Shown here in pieces: positions 1-14,350 of a stretch of DNA of 64,000 bases. A program made the translations under genes and the position numbers. The notes beneath the pieces were generated by a model. It worked only from the letters and a program-made list of their open reading frames with translations. It searched no databases and was not told where the DNA came from. Where the stretch lies: NCBI GenBank assembly GCA_964016885.1, contig OZ024758.1, positions 37,200,001-37,264,000 on the forward strand. The letters run 5' to 3'. Origin of the DNA: Eledone cirrhosa. Its lineage: Eukaryota. Position 1 is the stretch's first letter. The number at the start of each line of letters is the position of its first letter.

Positions 1-511
1 TATTAGCTGTCAGAAGTAACCCCACTGTTGGTGAGAATTCATTTAAGTTCATGGTATTAGCTGTCAGAAGGAACTCCAATGTTGGTGAGAATTCATTTAA
101 GTCATGGTAATAGCTGTCAGAAGTAACTCCACTGTTGGTGAGAATTCATTTAAGTTCATGGTATTAGCTGTCAGAAGTAACTCCACTGTTGGTGAGAATT
201 CATTTAAGTTCATGGTACTAGCTGTCAGAAGTAACTCCAATGTTGGTGAGAATTCATTTAATTTCATGGTATTAGCTGTCAGAAGGAACTCCACTGTTGG
301 TGAGAATTCATTTAAGTTCATGGTATTAGCTGTCAGAAGTAACTCCACTGTTGGTGAGAATTCATTTATGTTCATGGTACTAGTTGTCAGAAGTAACTCC
401 ACTGTTGGTGAGAATTCATTTAAGTTCATGGTATTAGTTGTCAGAAGTAACTCCACTGTTGGTGAGAATTCATTTAAGTCATGGTATTAGTTGTCAGAAG
501 TAACTCCAATG

Positions 512-2640
512 TTGGTGAGAATTCATTTAAGTTCATGGTACTAGCTGTCAGAAGTAACTCCACTGTTGGTGAGAATTCATTTAAGTTCATGGTATTAGCT
601 GTCAGAAGTAACTCCACTGTTGGTGAGAATTCATTTAAGTCATGGTATTAGCTGTCAGAAGTAACTCCATTGTTGGTGAGAATTCATTTAAGTCATGGTA
701 CTAGCTGTCAGAAGTAACTCCACTGTTGGTGAGAATTCATGTAAGTTCATGGTATTAGCTGTCAGAAGGAACTCCACTGTTGGTGAGAATTCATTTAAGT
801 TCATGGTACTAGCTGTCAGAAGTAACTCCACTGTTGGTGAGAATTCATTTAAGTTCATGGTATTAGCTGTCAGAAGTAACTCCACTGTTGGTGAGAATTC
901 ATTTAAGTTCATGGTATTAGCTGTCAGAAGTAACTCCACTGTTGGTGAGAATTCATTTAAGTTCATGGTATTAGCTGTCAGAAGTAACTCCACTGTTGGT
1001 GAGAATTCATTTAAGTCATGGTACTAGCTGTCAGAAGTAACTCCACTGTTGGTGAGAATTCATTTAAGTTCATGGTATTAGCTGTCAGAAGGAACGCCAC
1101 TGTTGGTGAGAATTCATTTAAGTTCATGGTATTAGCTGTCAGAAGTAACTCCACTGTTGGTGAGAATTCATTTAAGTTCATGGTACTAGCTGTCAGAAGT
1201 AACCCCAATGTTGGTGAGAATTCATTTAAGTTTATGGTATTAGCTGTCAGAAGTCACTCCAATGTTGGTGAGAATTCATTTAAGTTCACGGTATTAGCTG
1301 TCAGAAGTAACTCCACTGTTGGTGAGAATTCATTTAAGTTCATGGTATTAGCTGTCAGAAGTAACTCCACTGTTGGTGAGAATTCATTTAAGTTCATGGT
1401 ATTAGTTTGTCAGAAGTAACTCCACTGTTGGTGAGAATTCATTTAAGTCATGGTATTAGTTGTCAGAAGTAACTCCAATGTTGGTGAGAATTCATTTAAG
1501 TTCATGGTATTAGCTGTCAGAAGTAACTCCACTGTTGGTGAGAATTCATTTAAGTTCATGGTACTAGCTGTCAGAAGTAACTCCACTGTTGGTGAGAATT
1601 CATTTAAGTTCATGGTATTAGCTGTCAGAAGTAACTCCACTGTTGGTGAGAATTCATTTAAGTCATGGTATTAGCTGTCAGAAGTAACTCCATTGTTGGT
1701 GAGAATTCATTTAAGTCATGGTACTAGCTGTCAGAAGTAACTCCACTGTTGGTGAGAATTCATGTAAGTTCATGGTATTAGCTGTCAGAAGGAACTCCAC
1801 TGTTGGTGAGAATTCATTTAAGTTCATGGTACTAGCTGTCAGAAGTAACTCCACTGTTGGTGAGAATTCATTTAAGTTCATGGTATTAGCTGTCAGAAGT
1901 AACTCCACTGTTGGTGAGAATTCATTTAAGTTCATGGTATTAGCTGTCAGAAGTAACTCCACTGTTGGTGAGAATTCATTTAAGTTCATGGTATTAGCTG
2001 TCAGAAGTAACTCCACTGTTGGTGAGAATTCATTTAAGTCATGGTACTAGCTGTCAGAAGTAACTCCACTGTTGGTGAGAATTCATTTAAGTTCATGGTA
2101 TTAGCTGTCAGAAGGAACGCCACTGTTGGTGAGAATTCATTTAAGTTCATGGTATTAGCTGTCAGAAGTAACTCCACTGTTGGTGAGAATTCATTTAAGT
2201 TCATGGTACTAGCTGTCAGAAGTAACCCCAATGTTGGTGAGAATTCATTTAAGTTTATGGTATTAGCTGTCAGAAGTCACTCCAATGTTGGTGAGAATTC
2301 ATTTAAGTTCACGGTATTAGCTGTCAGAAGTAACTCCACTGTTGGTGAGAATTCATTTAAGTTCATGGTATTAGCTGTCAGAAGTAACTCCACTGTTGGT
2401 GAGAATTCATTTAAGTTCATGGTATTAGTTTGTCAGAAGTAACTCCACTGTTGGTGAGAATTCATTTAAGTCATGGTATTAGTTGTCAGAAGTAACTCCA
2501 ATGTTGGTGAGAATTCATTTAAGTTCATGGTATTAGCTGTCAGAAGTAACTCCACTGTTGGTGAGAATTCATTTAAGTTCATGGTACTAGCTGTCAGAAG
2601 TAACTCCACTGTTGGTGAGAATTCATTTAAGTTCATGGTA
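512..2640. repeat. Tandem block duplication, 1023-bp unit (19 monomers), 2 copies
   Basis: ORF starts are offset by 1023 (695/1718, 1018/2041, 1450/2473). The variant order is the same in both copies: CCATTG, CATGTAAG, AACGCC, CCCCAAT, GTTTATGG, TTCACGG, TAGTTTGTC. Confidence 0.92.
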
Positions 2641-2779
2641 CTAGCTGTCAGAAGTAACTCCACTGTTGGTGAGAATTCATTTAAGTTCATGGTATTAGCT
2701 GTCAGAAGGAACTCCACTGTTGGTGAGAATTCATTTAAGTTCATGGTACTAGCTGTCAGAAGTAACTGCACTGTTGGTG

Positions 2780-5700
2780 AGAATTCATTTAAGTTCATGG
2801 TATTAGTTTGTCAGAAGTAACTCCACTGTTGGTGAGAATTCATTTAAGTCATGGTATTAGTTGTCAGAAGTAACTCCAATGTTGGTGAGAATTCATTTAA
2901 GTCATGGTACTAGCTGTCAGAAGTAACTCCAATGTTGGTGAGAATTCATTTAAGTTCATGGTATTAGCTGTCAGAAGGAACTCCACTGTTGGTGAGAATT
3001 CATTTAAGTTCATGGTATTAGCTGTCAGAAGTAACTCCACTGTTGGTGAGAATTTATTTAAGTTCATGGTACTAGCTGTCAGAAGTAACTCCAATGTTGG
3101 TGAGAATTCATTTAAGTTCATGGTATTAGCTGTCAGAAGTAACTCCACTGTTGGTGAGAATTCATTTAAGTCATGGTATTAGCTGTCAGAAGTAACTCCA
3201 ATGTTGGTGAGAATTCATTTAAGTTCATGGTATTAGCTGTCAGAAGTAACTCCACTGTTGGTGAGAATTCATTTAAGTTCATGGTATTAGCTGTCAGAAG
3301 TAACTCCACAGTTGGTGAGAATTCATTTAAGTTCATGGTATTAGTTTGTCAGAAGTAACTCCACTGTTGGTGAGAATTCATTTAAGTCATGGTATTAGTT
3401 GTCAGAAGTAACTCCAATGTTGGTGAGAATTCATTTAAGTTCATGGTATTAGCTGTCAGAAGTAACTCCACTGTTGGTGAGAATTCATTTAAGTTCATGG
3501 TATTAGCTGTCAGAAGGAACTCCACTGTTGGTGAGAATTCATTTAAGTTCATGGTACTAGCTGTCAGAAGTAACTCCACTGTTGGTGAGAATTCATTTAA
3601 GTTCATGGTATTAGCTGTCAGAAGTCACTCCAATGTTGGTGAGAATTCATTTAAGTTCATGGTATTAGCTGTCAGAAGTAACTCCACTGTTGGTGAGAAT
3701 TCATTTAAGTTCATGGTATTAGCTGTCAGAAGTAACTCCACTGTTGGTGAGAATTCATTTAAGTTCATGGTATTAGCTGTCAGAAGTAACTCCACTGTTG
3801 GTGAGAATTCATTTAAGTTCATGGTATTAGCTGTCAGAAGGAACTCCAATGTTGGTGAGAATTCATTTAAGTCATGGTACTAGCTGTCAGAAGTAACTCC
3901 ACTGTTGGTGAGAATTCATTTAAGTTCATGGTATTAGCTGTCAGAAGGAACGCCACTGTTGGTGAGAATTCATTTAAGTTCATGGTATTAGCTGTCAGAA
4001 GTAACTCCACTGTTGGTGAGAATTCATTTAAGTTCATGGTACTAGCTGTCAGAAGTAACCCCAATGTTGGTGAGAATTCATTTAAGTTTATGGTATTAGC
4101 TGTCAGATGTCACTCCAATGTTGGTGAGAATTCATTTAAGTTCACGGTATTAGCTGTCAGAAGTAACTCCACTGTTGGTGAGAATTCATTTAAGTTCATG
4201 GTATTAGCTGTCAGAAGTAACTCCACTGTTGGTGAGAATTCATTTAAGTTCATGGTATTAGTTTGTCAGAAGTAACTCCACTGTTGGTGAGAATTCATTT
4301 AAGTCATGGTATTAGTTGTCAGAAGTAACTCCAATGTTGGTGAGAATTCATTTAAGTTCATGGTATTAGCTGTCAGAAGTAACTCCACTGCTGGTGAGAA
4401 TTCATTTAAGTTCATGGTACTAGCTGTCAGAAGTAACTCCACTGTTGGTGAGAATTCATTTAAGTTCATGGTATTAGCTGTCAGAAGTCACTCCAATGTT
4501 GGTGAGAATTCATTTAAGTTCATGGTATTAGCTGTCAGAAGTCACTCCACTGTTGGTGAGAATTCATTTAAGTTCATGGTACTAGCTGTCAGAAGTAACC
4601 CCAATGTTGGTGAGAATTCATTTAAGTTCATGGTATTAGCTGTCAGAAGTCACTCCAATGTTGGTGAGAATTCATTTAAGTTCATGGTATTAGCTGTCAG
4701 AAGTAACTCCACTGTTGGTGAGAATTCATTTAAGTTCATGGTATTAGCTGTCAGAAGTAACTCCACTGTTGGTGAGAATCCATTTAAGTTCATGTTATTA
4801 GCTGTCAGAAGTAACCCCACTGTTGGTGAGAATTCATTTAAGTTCATGGTATTAGCTGTCAGAAGGAACTCCAATGTTGGTGAGAATTCATTTAAGTCAT
4901 GGTACTAGCTGTCAGAAGTAACTCCACTGTTGGTGAGAATTCATTTAAGTTCATGGTATTAGCTGTCAGAAGTAACTCCACTGTTGGTGAGAATTCATTT
5001 AAGTTCATGGTACTAGCTGTCAGAAGTAACTCCAATGTTGGTGAGAATTCATTTAATTTCATGGTATTAGCTGTCAGAAGGAACTCCACTGTTGGTGAGA
5101 ATTCATTTAAGTTCATGGTATTAGCTGTCAGAAGTAACTCCACTGTTGGTGAGAATTCATTTATGTTCATGGTACTAGTTGTCAGAAGTAACTCCACTGT
5201 TGGTGAGAATTCATTTAAGTTCATGGTATTAGTTGTCAGAAGTAACTCCACTGTTGGTGAGAATTCATTTAAGTCATGGTATTAGTTGTCAGAAGTAACT
5301 CCAATGTTGGTGAGAATTCATTTAAGTTCATGGTATTAGCTGTCAGAAGTAACTCCACTGTTGGTGAGAATTCATTTAAGTTCATGGTATTAGCTGTCAG
5401 AAGTAACTCCACTGTTGGTGAGAATTCATTTAAGTCATGGTACTAGCTGTCAGAAGTAACTCCACTGTTGGTGAGAATTCATTTAAGTTCATGGTATTAG
5501 CTGTCAGAAGGAACGCCACTGTTGGTGAGAATTCATTTAAGTTCATGGTATTAGCTGTCAGAAGTAACTCCACTGTTGGTGAGAATTCATTTAAGTTCAT
5601 GGTACTAGCTGTCAGAAGTAACCCCAATGTTGGTGAGAATTCATTTAAGTTTATGGTATTAGCTGTCAGAAGTCACTCCAATGTTGGTGAGAATTCATTT

Positions 5701-8450
5701 AAGTTCACGGTATTAGCTGTCAGAAGTAACTCCACTGTTGGTGAGAATTCATTTAAGTTCATGGTATTAGCTGTCAGAAGTAACTCCACTGTTGGTGAGA
5801 ATTCATTTAAGTTCATGGTATTAGTTTGTCAGAAGTAACTCCACTGTTGGTGAGAATTCATTTAAGTCATGGTATTAGTTGTCAGAAGTAACTCCAATGT
5901 TGGTGAGAATTCATTTAAGTTCATGGTATTAGCTGTCAGAAGTAACTCCACTGTTGGTGAGAATTCATTTAAGTTCATGGTATTAGTTTGTCAGAAGTAA
6001 CTCCACTGTTGGTGAGAATTCATTTAAGTCATGGTATTAGTTGTCAGAAGTAACTCCAATGTTGGTGAGAATTCATTTAAGTCATGGTACTAGCTGTCAG
6101 AAGTAACTCCAATGTTGGTGAGAATTCATTTAAGTTCATGGTATTAGCTGTCAGAAGGAACTCCACTGTTGGTGAGAATTCATTTAAGTTCATGGTATTA
6201 GCTGTCAGAAGTAACTCCACTGTTGGTGAGAATTTATTTAAGTTCATGGTACTAGCTGTCAGAAGTAACTCCAATGTTGGTGAGAATTCATTTAAGTTCA
6301 TGGTATTAGCTGTCAGAAGTAACTCCACTGTTGGTGAGAATTCATTTAAGTCATGGTATTAGCTGTCAGAAGTAACTCCAATGTTGGTGAGAATTCATTT
6401 AAGTTCATGGTATTAGCTGTCAGAAGTAACTCCACTGTTGGTGAGAATTCATTTAAGTTCATGGTATTAGCTGTCAGAAGTAACTCCACAGTTGGTGAGA
6501 ATTCATTTAAGTTCATGGTATTAGTTTGTCAGAAGTAACTCCACTGTTGGTGAGAATTCATTTAAGTCATGGTATTAGTTGTCAGAAGTAACTCCAATGT
6601 TGGTGAGAATTCATTTAAGTTCATGGTATTAGCTGTCAGAAGTAACTCCACTGTTGGTGAGAATTCATTTAAGTTCATGGTATTAGCTGTCAGAAGGAAC
6701 TCCACTGTTGGTGAGAATTCATTTAAGTTCATGGTACTAGCTGTCAGAAGTAACTCCACTGTTGGTGAGAATTCATTTAAGTTCATGGTATTAGCTGTCA
6801 GAAGTCACTCCAATGTTGGTGAGAATTCATTTAAGTTCATGGTATTAGCTGTCAGAAGTAACTCCACTGTTGGTGAGAATTCATTTAAGTTCATGGTATT
6901 AGCTGTCAGAAGTAACTCCACTGTTGGTGAGAATTCATTTAAGTTCATGGTATTAGCTGTCAGAAGTAACTCCACTGTTGGTGAGAATTCATTTAAGTTC
7001 ATGGTATTAGCTGTCAGAAGGAACTCCAATGTTGGTGAGAATTCATTTAAGTCATGGTACTAGCTGTCAGAAGTAACTCCACTGTTGGTGAGAATTCATT
7101 TAAGTTCATGGTATTAGCTGTCAGAAGGAACGCCACTGTTGGTGAGAATTCATTTAAGTTCATGGTATTAGCTGTCAGAAGTAACTCCACTGTTGGTGAG
7201 AATTCATTTAAGTTCATGGTACTAGCTGTCAGAAGTAACCCCAATGTTGGTGAGAATTCATTTAAGTTTATGGTATTAGCTGTCAGAAGTCACTCCAATG
7301 TTGGTGAGAATTCATTTAAGTTCACGGTATTAGCTGTCAGAAGTAACTCCACTGTTGGTGAGAATTCATTTAAGTTCATGGTATTAGCTGTCAGAAGTAA
7401 CTCCACTGTTGGTGAGAATTCATTTAAGTTCATGGTATTAGTTTGTCAGAAGTAACTCCACTGTTGGTGAGAATTCATTTAAGTCATGGTATTAGTTGTC
7501 AGAAGTAACTCCAATGTTGGTGAGAATTCATTTAAGTTCATGGTATTAGCTGTCAGAAGTAACTCCACTGTTGGTGAGAATTCATTTAAGTTCATGGTAC
7601 TAGCTGTCAGAAGTAACTCCACTGTTGGTGAGAATTCATTTAAGTTCATGGTATTAGCTGTCAGAAGTCACTCCAATGTTGGTGAGAATTCATTTAAGTT
7701 CATGGTATTAGCTGTCAGAAGTCACTCCACTGTTGGTGAGAATTCATTTAAGTTCATGGTACTAGCTGTCAGAAGTAACCCCAATGTTGGTGAGAATTCA
7801 TTTAAGTTCATGGTATTAGCTGTCAGAAGTAACTCCACTGTTGGTGAGAATTCATTTAAGTTCATGGTATTAGCTGTCAGAAGTAACTCCACTGTTGGTG
7901 AGAATCCATTTAAGTTCATGTTATTAGCTGTCAGAAGTAACCCCACTGTTGGTGAGAATTCATTTAAGTTCATGGTATTAGCTGTCAGAAGGAACTCCAA
8001 TGTTGGTGAGAATTCATTTAAGTCATGGTACTAGCTGTCAGAAGTAACTCCACTGTTGGTGAGAATTCATTTAAGTTCATGGTATTAGCTGTCAGAAGTA
8101 ACTCCACTGTTGGTGAGAATTCATTTAAGTTCATGGTACTAGCTGTCAGAAGTAACTCCAATGTTGGTGAGAATTCATTTAATTTCATGGTATTAGCTGT
8201 CAGAAGGAACTCCACTGTTGGTGAGAATTCATTTAAGTTCATGGTATTAGCTGTCAGAAGTAACTCCACTGTTGGTGAGAATTCATTTATGTTCATGGTA
8301 CTAGTTGTCAGAAGTAACTCCACTGTTGGTGAGAATTCATTTAAGTTCATGGTATTAGTTGTCAGAAGTAACTCCACTGTTGGTGAGAATTCATTTAAGT
8401 CATGGTATTAGTTGTCAGAAGTAACTCCAATGTTGGTGAGAATTCATTTA
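2780..8450. repeat. Block duplication with 3180-bp offset (~59 monomers); the second copy lacks one monomer, so the offset becomes 3126
   Basis: ORF pairs 2904/6084, 3173/6353, 3389/6569, 3874/7054 and 4306/7486 (200 vs 182 aa, one monomer shorter), then 4899/8025. Shared variants CCACAG (~3306/6486) and AATTTATT (~3051/6231). Confidence 0.88.
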
Positions 8451-10199
8451 AGTTCATGGTACTAGCTGTCAGAAGTAACTCCACTGTTGGTGAGAATTCA
8501 TTTAAGTTCATGGTATTAGCTGTCAGAAGTAACTCCACTGTTGGTGAGAATTCATTTAAGTCATGGTATTAGCTGTCAGAAGTAACTCCATTGTTGGTGA
8601 GAATTCATTTAAGTCATGGTACTAGCTGTCAGAAGTAACTCCACTGTTGGTGAGAATTCATGTAAGTTCATGGTATTAGCTGTCAGAAGGAACTCCACTG
8701 TTGGTGAGAATTCATTTAAGTTCATGGTACTAGCTGTCAGAAGTAACTCCACTGTTGGTGAGAATTCATTTAAGTTCATGGTATTAGCTGTCAGAAGTAA
8801 CTCCACTGTTGGTGAGAATTCATTTAAGTTCATGGTATTAGCTGTCAGAAGTAACTCCACTGTTGGTGAGAATTCATTTAAGTTCATGGTATTAGCTGTC
8901 AGAAGTAACTCCACTGTTGGTGAGAATTCATTTAAGTCATGGTACTAGCTGTCAGAAGTAACTCCACTGTTGGTGAGAATTCATTTAAGTTCATGGTATT
9001 AGCTGTCAGAAGGAACGCCACTGTTGGTGAGAATTCATTTAAGTTCATGGTATTAGCTGTCAGAAGTAACTCCACTGTTGGTGAGAATTCATTTAAGTTC
9101 ATGGTACTAGCTGTCAGAAGTAACCCCAATGTTGGTGAGAATTCATTTAAGTTTATGGTATTAGCTGTCAGAAGTCACTCCAATGTTGGTGAGAATTCAT
9201 TTAAGTTCACGGTATTAGCTGTCAGAAGTAACTCCACTGTTGGTGAGAATTCATTTAAGTTCATGGTATTAGCTGTCAGAAGTAACTCCACTGTTGGTGA
9301 GAATTCATTTAAGTTCATGGTATTAGTTTGTCAGAAGTAACTCCACTGTTGGTGAGAATTCATTTAAGTCATGGTATTAGTTGTCAGAAGTAACTCCAAT
9401 GTTGGTGAGAATTCATTTAAGTTCATGGTATTAGCTGTCAGAAGTAACTCCACTGTTGGTGAGAATTCATTTAAGTTCATGGTACTAGCTGTCAGAAGTA
9501 ACTCCACTGTTGGTGAGAATTCATTTAAGTTCATGGTATTAGCTGTCAGAAGTCACTCCAATGTTGGTGAGAATTCATTTAAGTTCATGGTATTAGCTGT
9601 CAGAAGTCACTCCACTGTTGGTGAGAATTCATTTAAGTTCATGGTACTAGCTGTCAGAAGTAACCCCAATGTTGGTGAGAATTCATTTAAGTTCATGGTA
9701 TTAGCTGTCAGAAGTCACTCCAATGTTGGTGAGAATTCATTTAAGTTCATGGTATTAGCTGTCAGAAGTAACTCCACTGTTGGTGAGAATTCATTTAAGT
9801 TCATGGTATTAGCTGTCAGAAGTAACTCCACTGTTGGTGAGAATCCATTTAAGTTCATGTTATTAGCTGTCAGAAGTAACCCCACTGTTGGTGAGAATTC
9901 ATTTAAGTTCATGGTATTAGCTGTCAGAAGGAACTCCAATGTTGGTGAGAATTCATTTAAGTCATGGTACTAGCTGTCAGAAGTAACTCCACTGTTGGTG
10001 AGAATTCATTTAAGTTCATGGTATTAGCTGTCAGAAGTAACTCCACTGTTGGTGAGAATTCATTTAAGTTCATGGTACTAGCTGTCAGAAGTAACTCCAA
10101 TGTTGGTGAGAATTCATTTAATTTCATGGTATTAGCTGTCAGAAGGAACTCCACTGTTGGTGAGAATTCATTTAAGTTCATGGTATTAGTTGTCAGAAG

Positions 10200-13100
10200 T
10201 AACTCCAATGTTGGTGAGAATTCATTTAAGTTCATGGTGCTAGCTGTCAGAAGTAACTCCACTGTTGGTGAGAATTCATTTAAGTTCATGGTATTAGCTG
10301 TCAGAAGTAACTCCACTGTTGGTGAGAATTCATTTAAGTCATGGTATTAGCTGTCAGAAGTAACTCCATTGTTGGTGAGAATTCATTTAAGTCATGGTAC
10401 TAGCTGTCAGAAGTAACTCCACTGTTGGTGAGAATTCATGTAAGTTCATGGTATTAGCTGTCAGAAGGAACTCCACTGTTGGTGAGAATTCATTTAAGTT
10501 CATGGTACTAGCTGTCAGAAGTAACTCCACTGTTGGTGAGAATTCATTTAAGTTCATGGTATTAGCTGTCAGAAGTAACTCCACTGTTGGTGAGAATTCA
10601 TTTAAGTTCATGGTATTAGCTGTCAGAAGTAACTCCACTGTTGGTGAGAATTCATTTAAGTTCATGGTATTAGCTGTCAGAAGTAACTCCACTGTTGGTG
10701 AGAATTCATTTAAGTCATGGTATTAGCTGTCAGAAGTAACTCCAATGTTGGTGAGAATTTATTTAAGTTCATGGTATTAGCTGTCAGAAGTCACTCCACT
10801 GTTGGTGAGAATTCATTTAAGTTCATGGTACTAGTTGTCAGAAGTAACTCCACTGTTGGTGAGAATTCATTTAAGTTCATGGTATTAGTTGTCAGAAGTA
10901 ACTCCACTGTTGGTGAGAATTCATTTAAGTTCATGGTATTAGCTGTCAGAAGTAACTCCACTGTTGGTGAGAATTCATTTAAGTCATGGTATTAGCTGTC
11001 AGAAGTAACTCCATTGTTGGTGAGAATTCATTTAAGTTCATGGTATTAGCTGTCAGAAGGAACGCCACTGTTGGTGAGAATTCATTTAAGTTCATGGTAT
11101 TAGCTGTCAGAAGTAACTCCACTGTTGGTGAGAATTCATTTAAGTTCATGGTACTAGCTGTCAGAAGTAACTCCAATGTTGGTGAGAATTCATTTAAGTT
11201 CATGGTATTAGCTGTCAGAAGGAACTCCACTGTTGGTGAGAATTCATTTAAGTTCATGGTATTAGCTGTCAGAAGTAACTCCACTGTTGGTGAGAATTCA
11301 TTTAAGTTCATGGTATTAGTTGTCAGAAGTAACTCCACTGTTGGTGAGAATTCATTTAAGTTATGGTATTAGTTGTCAGAAGTAACTCCAATGTTGGTGA
11401 GAATTCATTTAAGTTCATGGTACTAGCTGTCAGAAGTAACTCCACTGTTGGTGAGAATTCATTTAAGTTCATGGTATTAGCTGTCAGAAGTAACTCCACT
11501 GTTGGTGAGAATTCATTTAAGTCATGGTATTACCTGTCAGAAGTAACTCCATTGTTGGTGAGAATTCATTTAAGTCATGGTACTAGCTGTCAGAAGTAAC
11601 TCCACTGTTGGTGAGAATTCATTTCAGTTCATGGTATTAGCTGTCAGAAGGAACTCCACTGTTGGTGAGAATTCATTTAAGTTCATGGTACTAGCTGTCA
11701 GAAGTAACTCCACTGTTGGTGAGAATTCATTTAAGTTCATGGTATTAGTTTGTCAGAAGTAACTCCACTGTTGGTGAGAATTCATTTAAGTCATGGTATT
11801 AGTTGTCAGAAGTAACTCCAATGTTGGTGAGAATTCATTTAAGTTCATGGTATTAGCTGTCAGAAGTAACTCCACTGTTGGTGAGAATTCATTTAAGTTC
11901 ATGGTACTAGCTGTCAGAAGTAACTCCACTGTTGGTGAGAATTCATTTAAGTTCATGGTATTAGCTGTCAGAAGTCACTCCAATGTTGGTGAGAATTCAT
12001 TTAAGTTCATGGTATTAACTGTCAGAAGTCACTCCACTGTTGGTGAGAATTCATTTAAGTTCATGGTACTAGCTGTCAGAAGTAACCCCAATGTTGGTGA
12101 GAATTCATTTAAGTTCATGGTATTAGCTGTCAGAAGTCACTCCAATGTTGGTGAGAATTCATTTAAGTTCATGGTATTAGCTGTCAGAAGTAACTCCACT
12201 GTTGGTGAGAATTCATTTAAGTTCATGGTATTAGCTGTCAGAAGTAACTCCACTGTTGGTGAGAATCCATTTAAGTTCATGTTATTAGCTGTCAGAAGTA
12301 ACCCCACTGTTGGTGAGAATTCATTTAAGTTCATGGTATTAGCTGTCAGAAGGAACTCCAATGTTGGTGAGAATTCATTTAAGTCATGGTACTAGCTGTC
12401 AGAAGTAACTCCACTGTTGGTGAGAATTCATTTAATGTCATGGTATTAGCTGTCAGAAGTAACTCCACTGTTGGTGAGAATTCATTTAAGTTCATGGTAC
12501 TAGCTGTCAGAAGTAACTCCAATGTTGGTGAGAATTCATTTAATTTCATGGTATTAGCTGTCAGAAGGAACTCCACTGTTGGTGAGAATTCATTTAAGTT
12601 CATGGTATTAGCTGTCAGAAGTAACTCCACTGTTGGTGAGAATTCATTTATGTTCATGGTACTAGTTGTCAGAAGTAACTCCACTGTTGGTGAGAATTCA
12701 TTTAAGTTCATGGTATTAGTTGTCAGAAGTAACTCCACTGTTGGTGAGAATTCATTTAAGTCATGGTATTAGTTGTCAGAAGTAACTCCAATGTTGGTGA
12801 GAATTCATTTAAGTTCATGGTACTAGCTGTCAGAAGTAACTCCACTGTTGGTGAGAATTCATTTAAGTTCATGGTATTAGCTGTCAGAAGTAACTCCACT
12901 GTTGGTGAGAATTCATTTAAGTCATGGTATTAGCTGTCAGAAGTAACTCCATTGTTGGTGAGAATTCATTTAAGTCATGGTACTAGCTGTCAGAAGTAAC
13001 TCCACTGTTGGTGAGAATTCATGTAAGTTCATGGTATTAGCTGTCAGAAGGAACTCCACTGTTGGTGAGAATTCATTTAAGTTCACGGTACTAGCTGTCA

Positions 13101-14350
13101 GAAGTAACTCCACTGTTGGTGAGAATTCATTTAAGTTCATGGTATTAGCTGTCAGAAGTAACTCCACTGTTGGTGAGAATTCATTTAAGTTCATGGTATT
13201 AGCTGTCAGAAGTAACTCCACTGTTGGTGAGAATTCATTTAAGTTCATGGTATTAGCTGTCAGAAGTAACTCCACTGTTGGTGAGAATTCATTTAAGTCA
13301 TGGTATTAGCTGTCAGAAGTAACTCCAATGTTGGTGAGAATTTATTTAAGTTCATGGTATTAGCTGTCAGAAGTCACTCCACTGTTGGTGAGAATTCATT
13401 TAAGTTCATGGTACTAGTTGTCAGAAGTAACTCCACTGTTGGTGAGAATTCATTTAAGTTCATGGTATTAGTTGTCAGAAGTAACTCCACTGTTGGTGAG
13501 AATTCATTTAAGTTCATGGTATTAGCTGTCAGAAGTAACTCCACTGTTGGTGAGAATTCATTTAAGTCATGGTATTAGCTGTCAGAAGTAACTCCATTGT
13601 TGGTGAGAATTCATTTAAGTTCATGGTATTAGCTGTCAGAAGGAACGCCACTGTTGGTGAGAATTCATTTAAGTTCATGGTATTAGCTGTCAGAAGTAAC
13701 TCCACTGTTGGTGAGAATTCATTTAAGTTCATGGTACTAGCTGTCAGAAGTAACTCCAATGTTGGTGAGAATTCATTTAAGTTCATGGTATTAGCTGTCA
13801 GAAGGAACTCCACTGTTGGTGAGAATTCATTTAAGTTCATGGTATTAGCTGTCAGAAGTAACTCCACTGTTGGTGAGAATTCATTTAAGTTCATGGTATT
13901 AGTTGTCAGAAGTAACTCCACTGTTGGTGAGAATTCATTTAAGTTATGGTATTAGTTGTCAGAAGTAACTCCAATGTTGGTGAGAATTCATTTAAGTTCA
14001 TGGTACTAGCTGTCAGAAGTAACTCCACTGTTGGTGAGAATTCATTTAAGTTCATGGTATTAGCTGTCAGAAGTAACTCCACTGTTGGTGAGAATTCATT
14101 TAAGTCATGGTATTACCTGTCAGAAGTAACTCCATTGTTGGTGAGAATTCATTTAAGTCATGGTACTAGCTGTCAGAAGTAACTCCACTGTTGGTGAGAA
14201 TTCATTTAAGTTCATGGTATTAGCTGTCAGAAGGAACTCCACTGTTGGTGAGAATTCATTTAAGTTCATGGTACTAGCTGTCAGAAGTAACTCCACTGTT
14301 GGTGAGAATTCATTTAAGTTCATGGTATTAGTTTGTCAGAAGTAACTCCA
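10200..14350. repeat. Block duplication with 2583-bp offset (~48 monomers)
   Basis: ORF pairs 10394/12977, 10717/13300, 10986/13569, 11363/13946 and 11577/14160. Shared rare variants AAGTTATGG (~11358/13941) and TTACCTG (~11530/14113). Confidence 0.88.
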
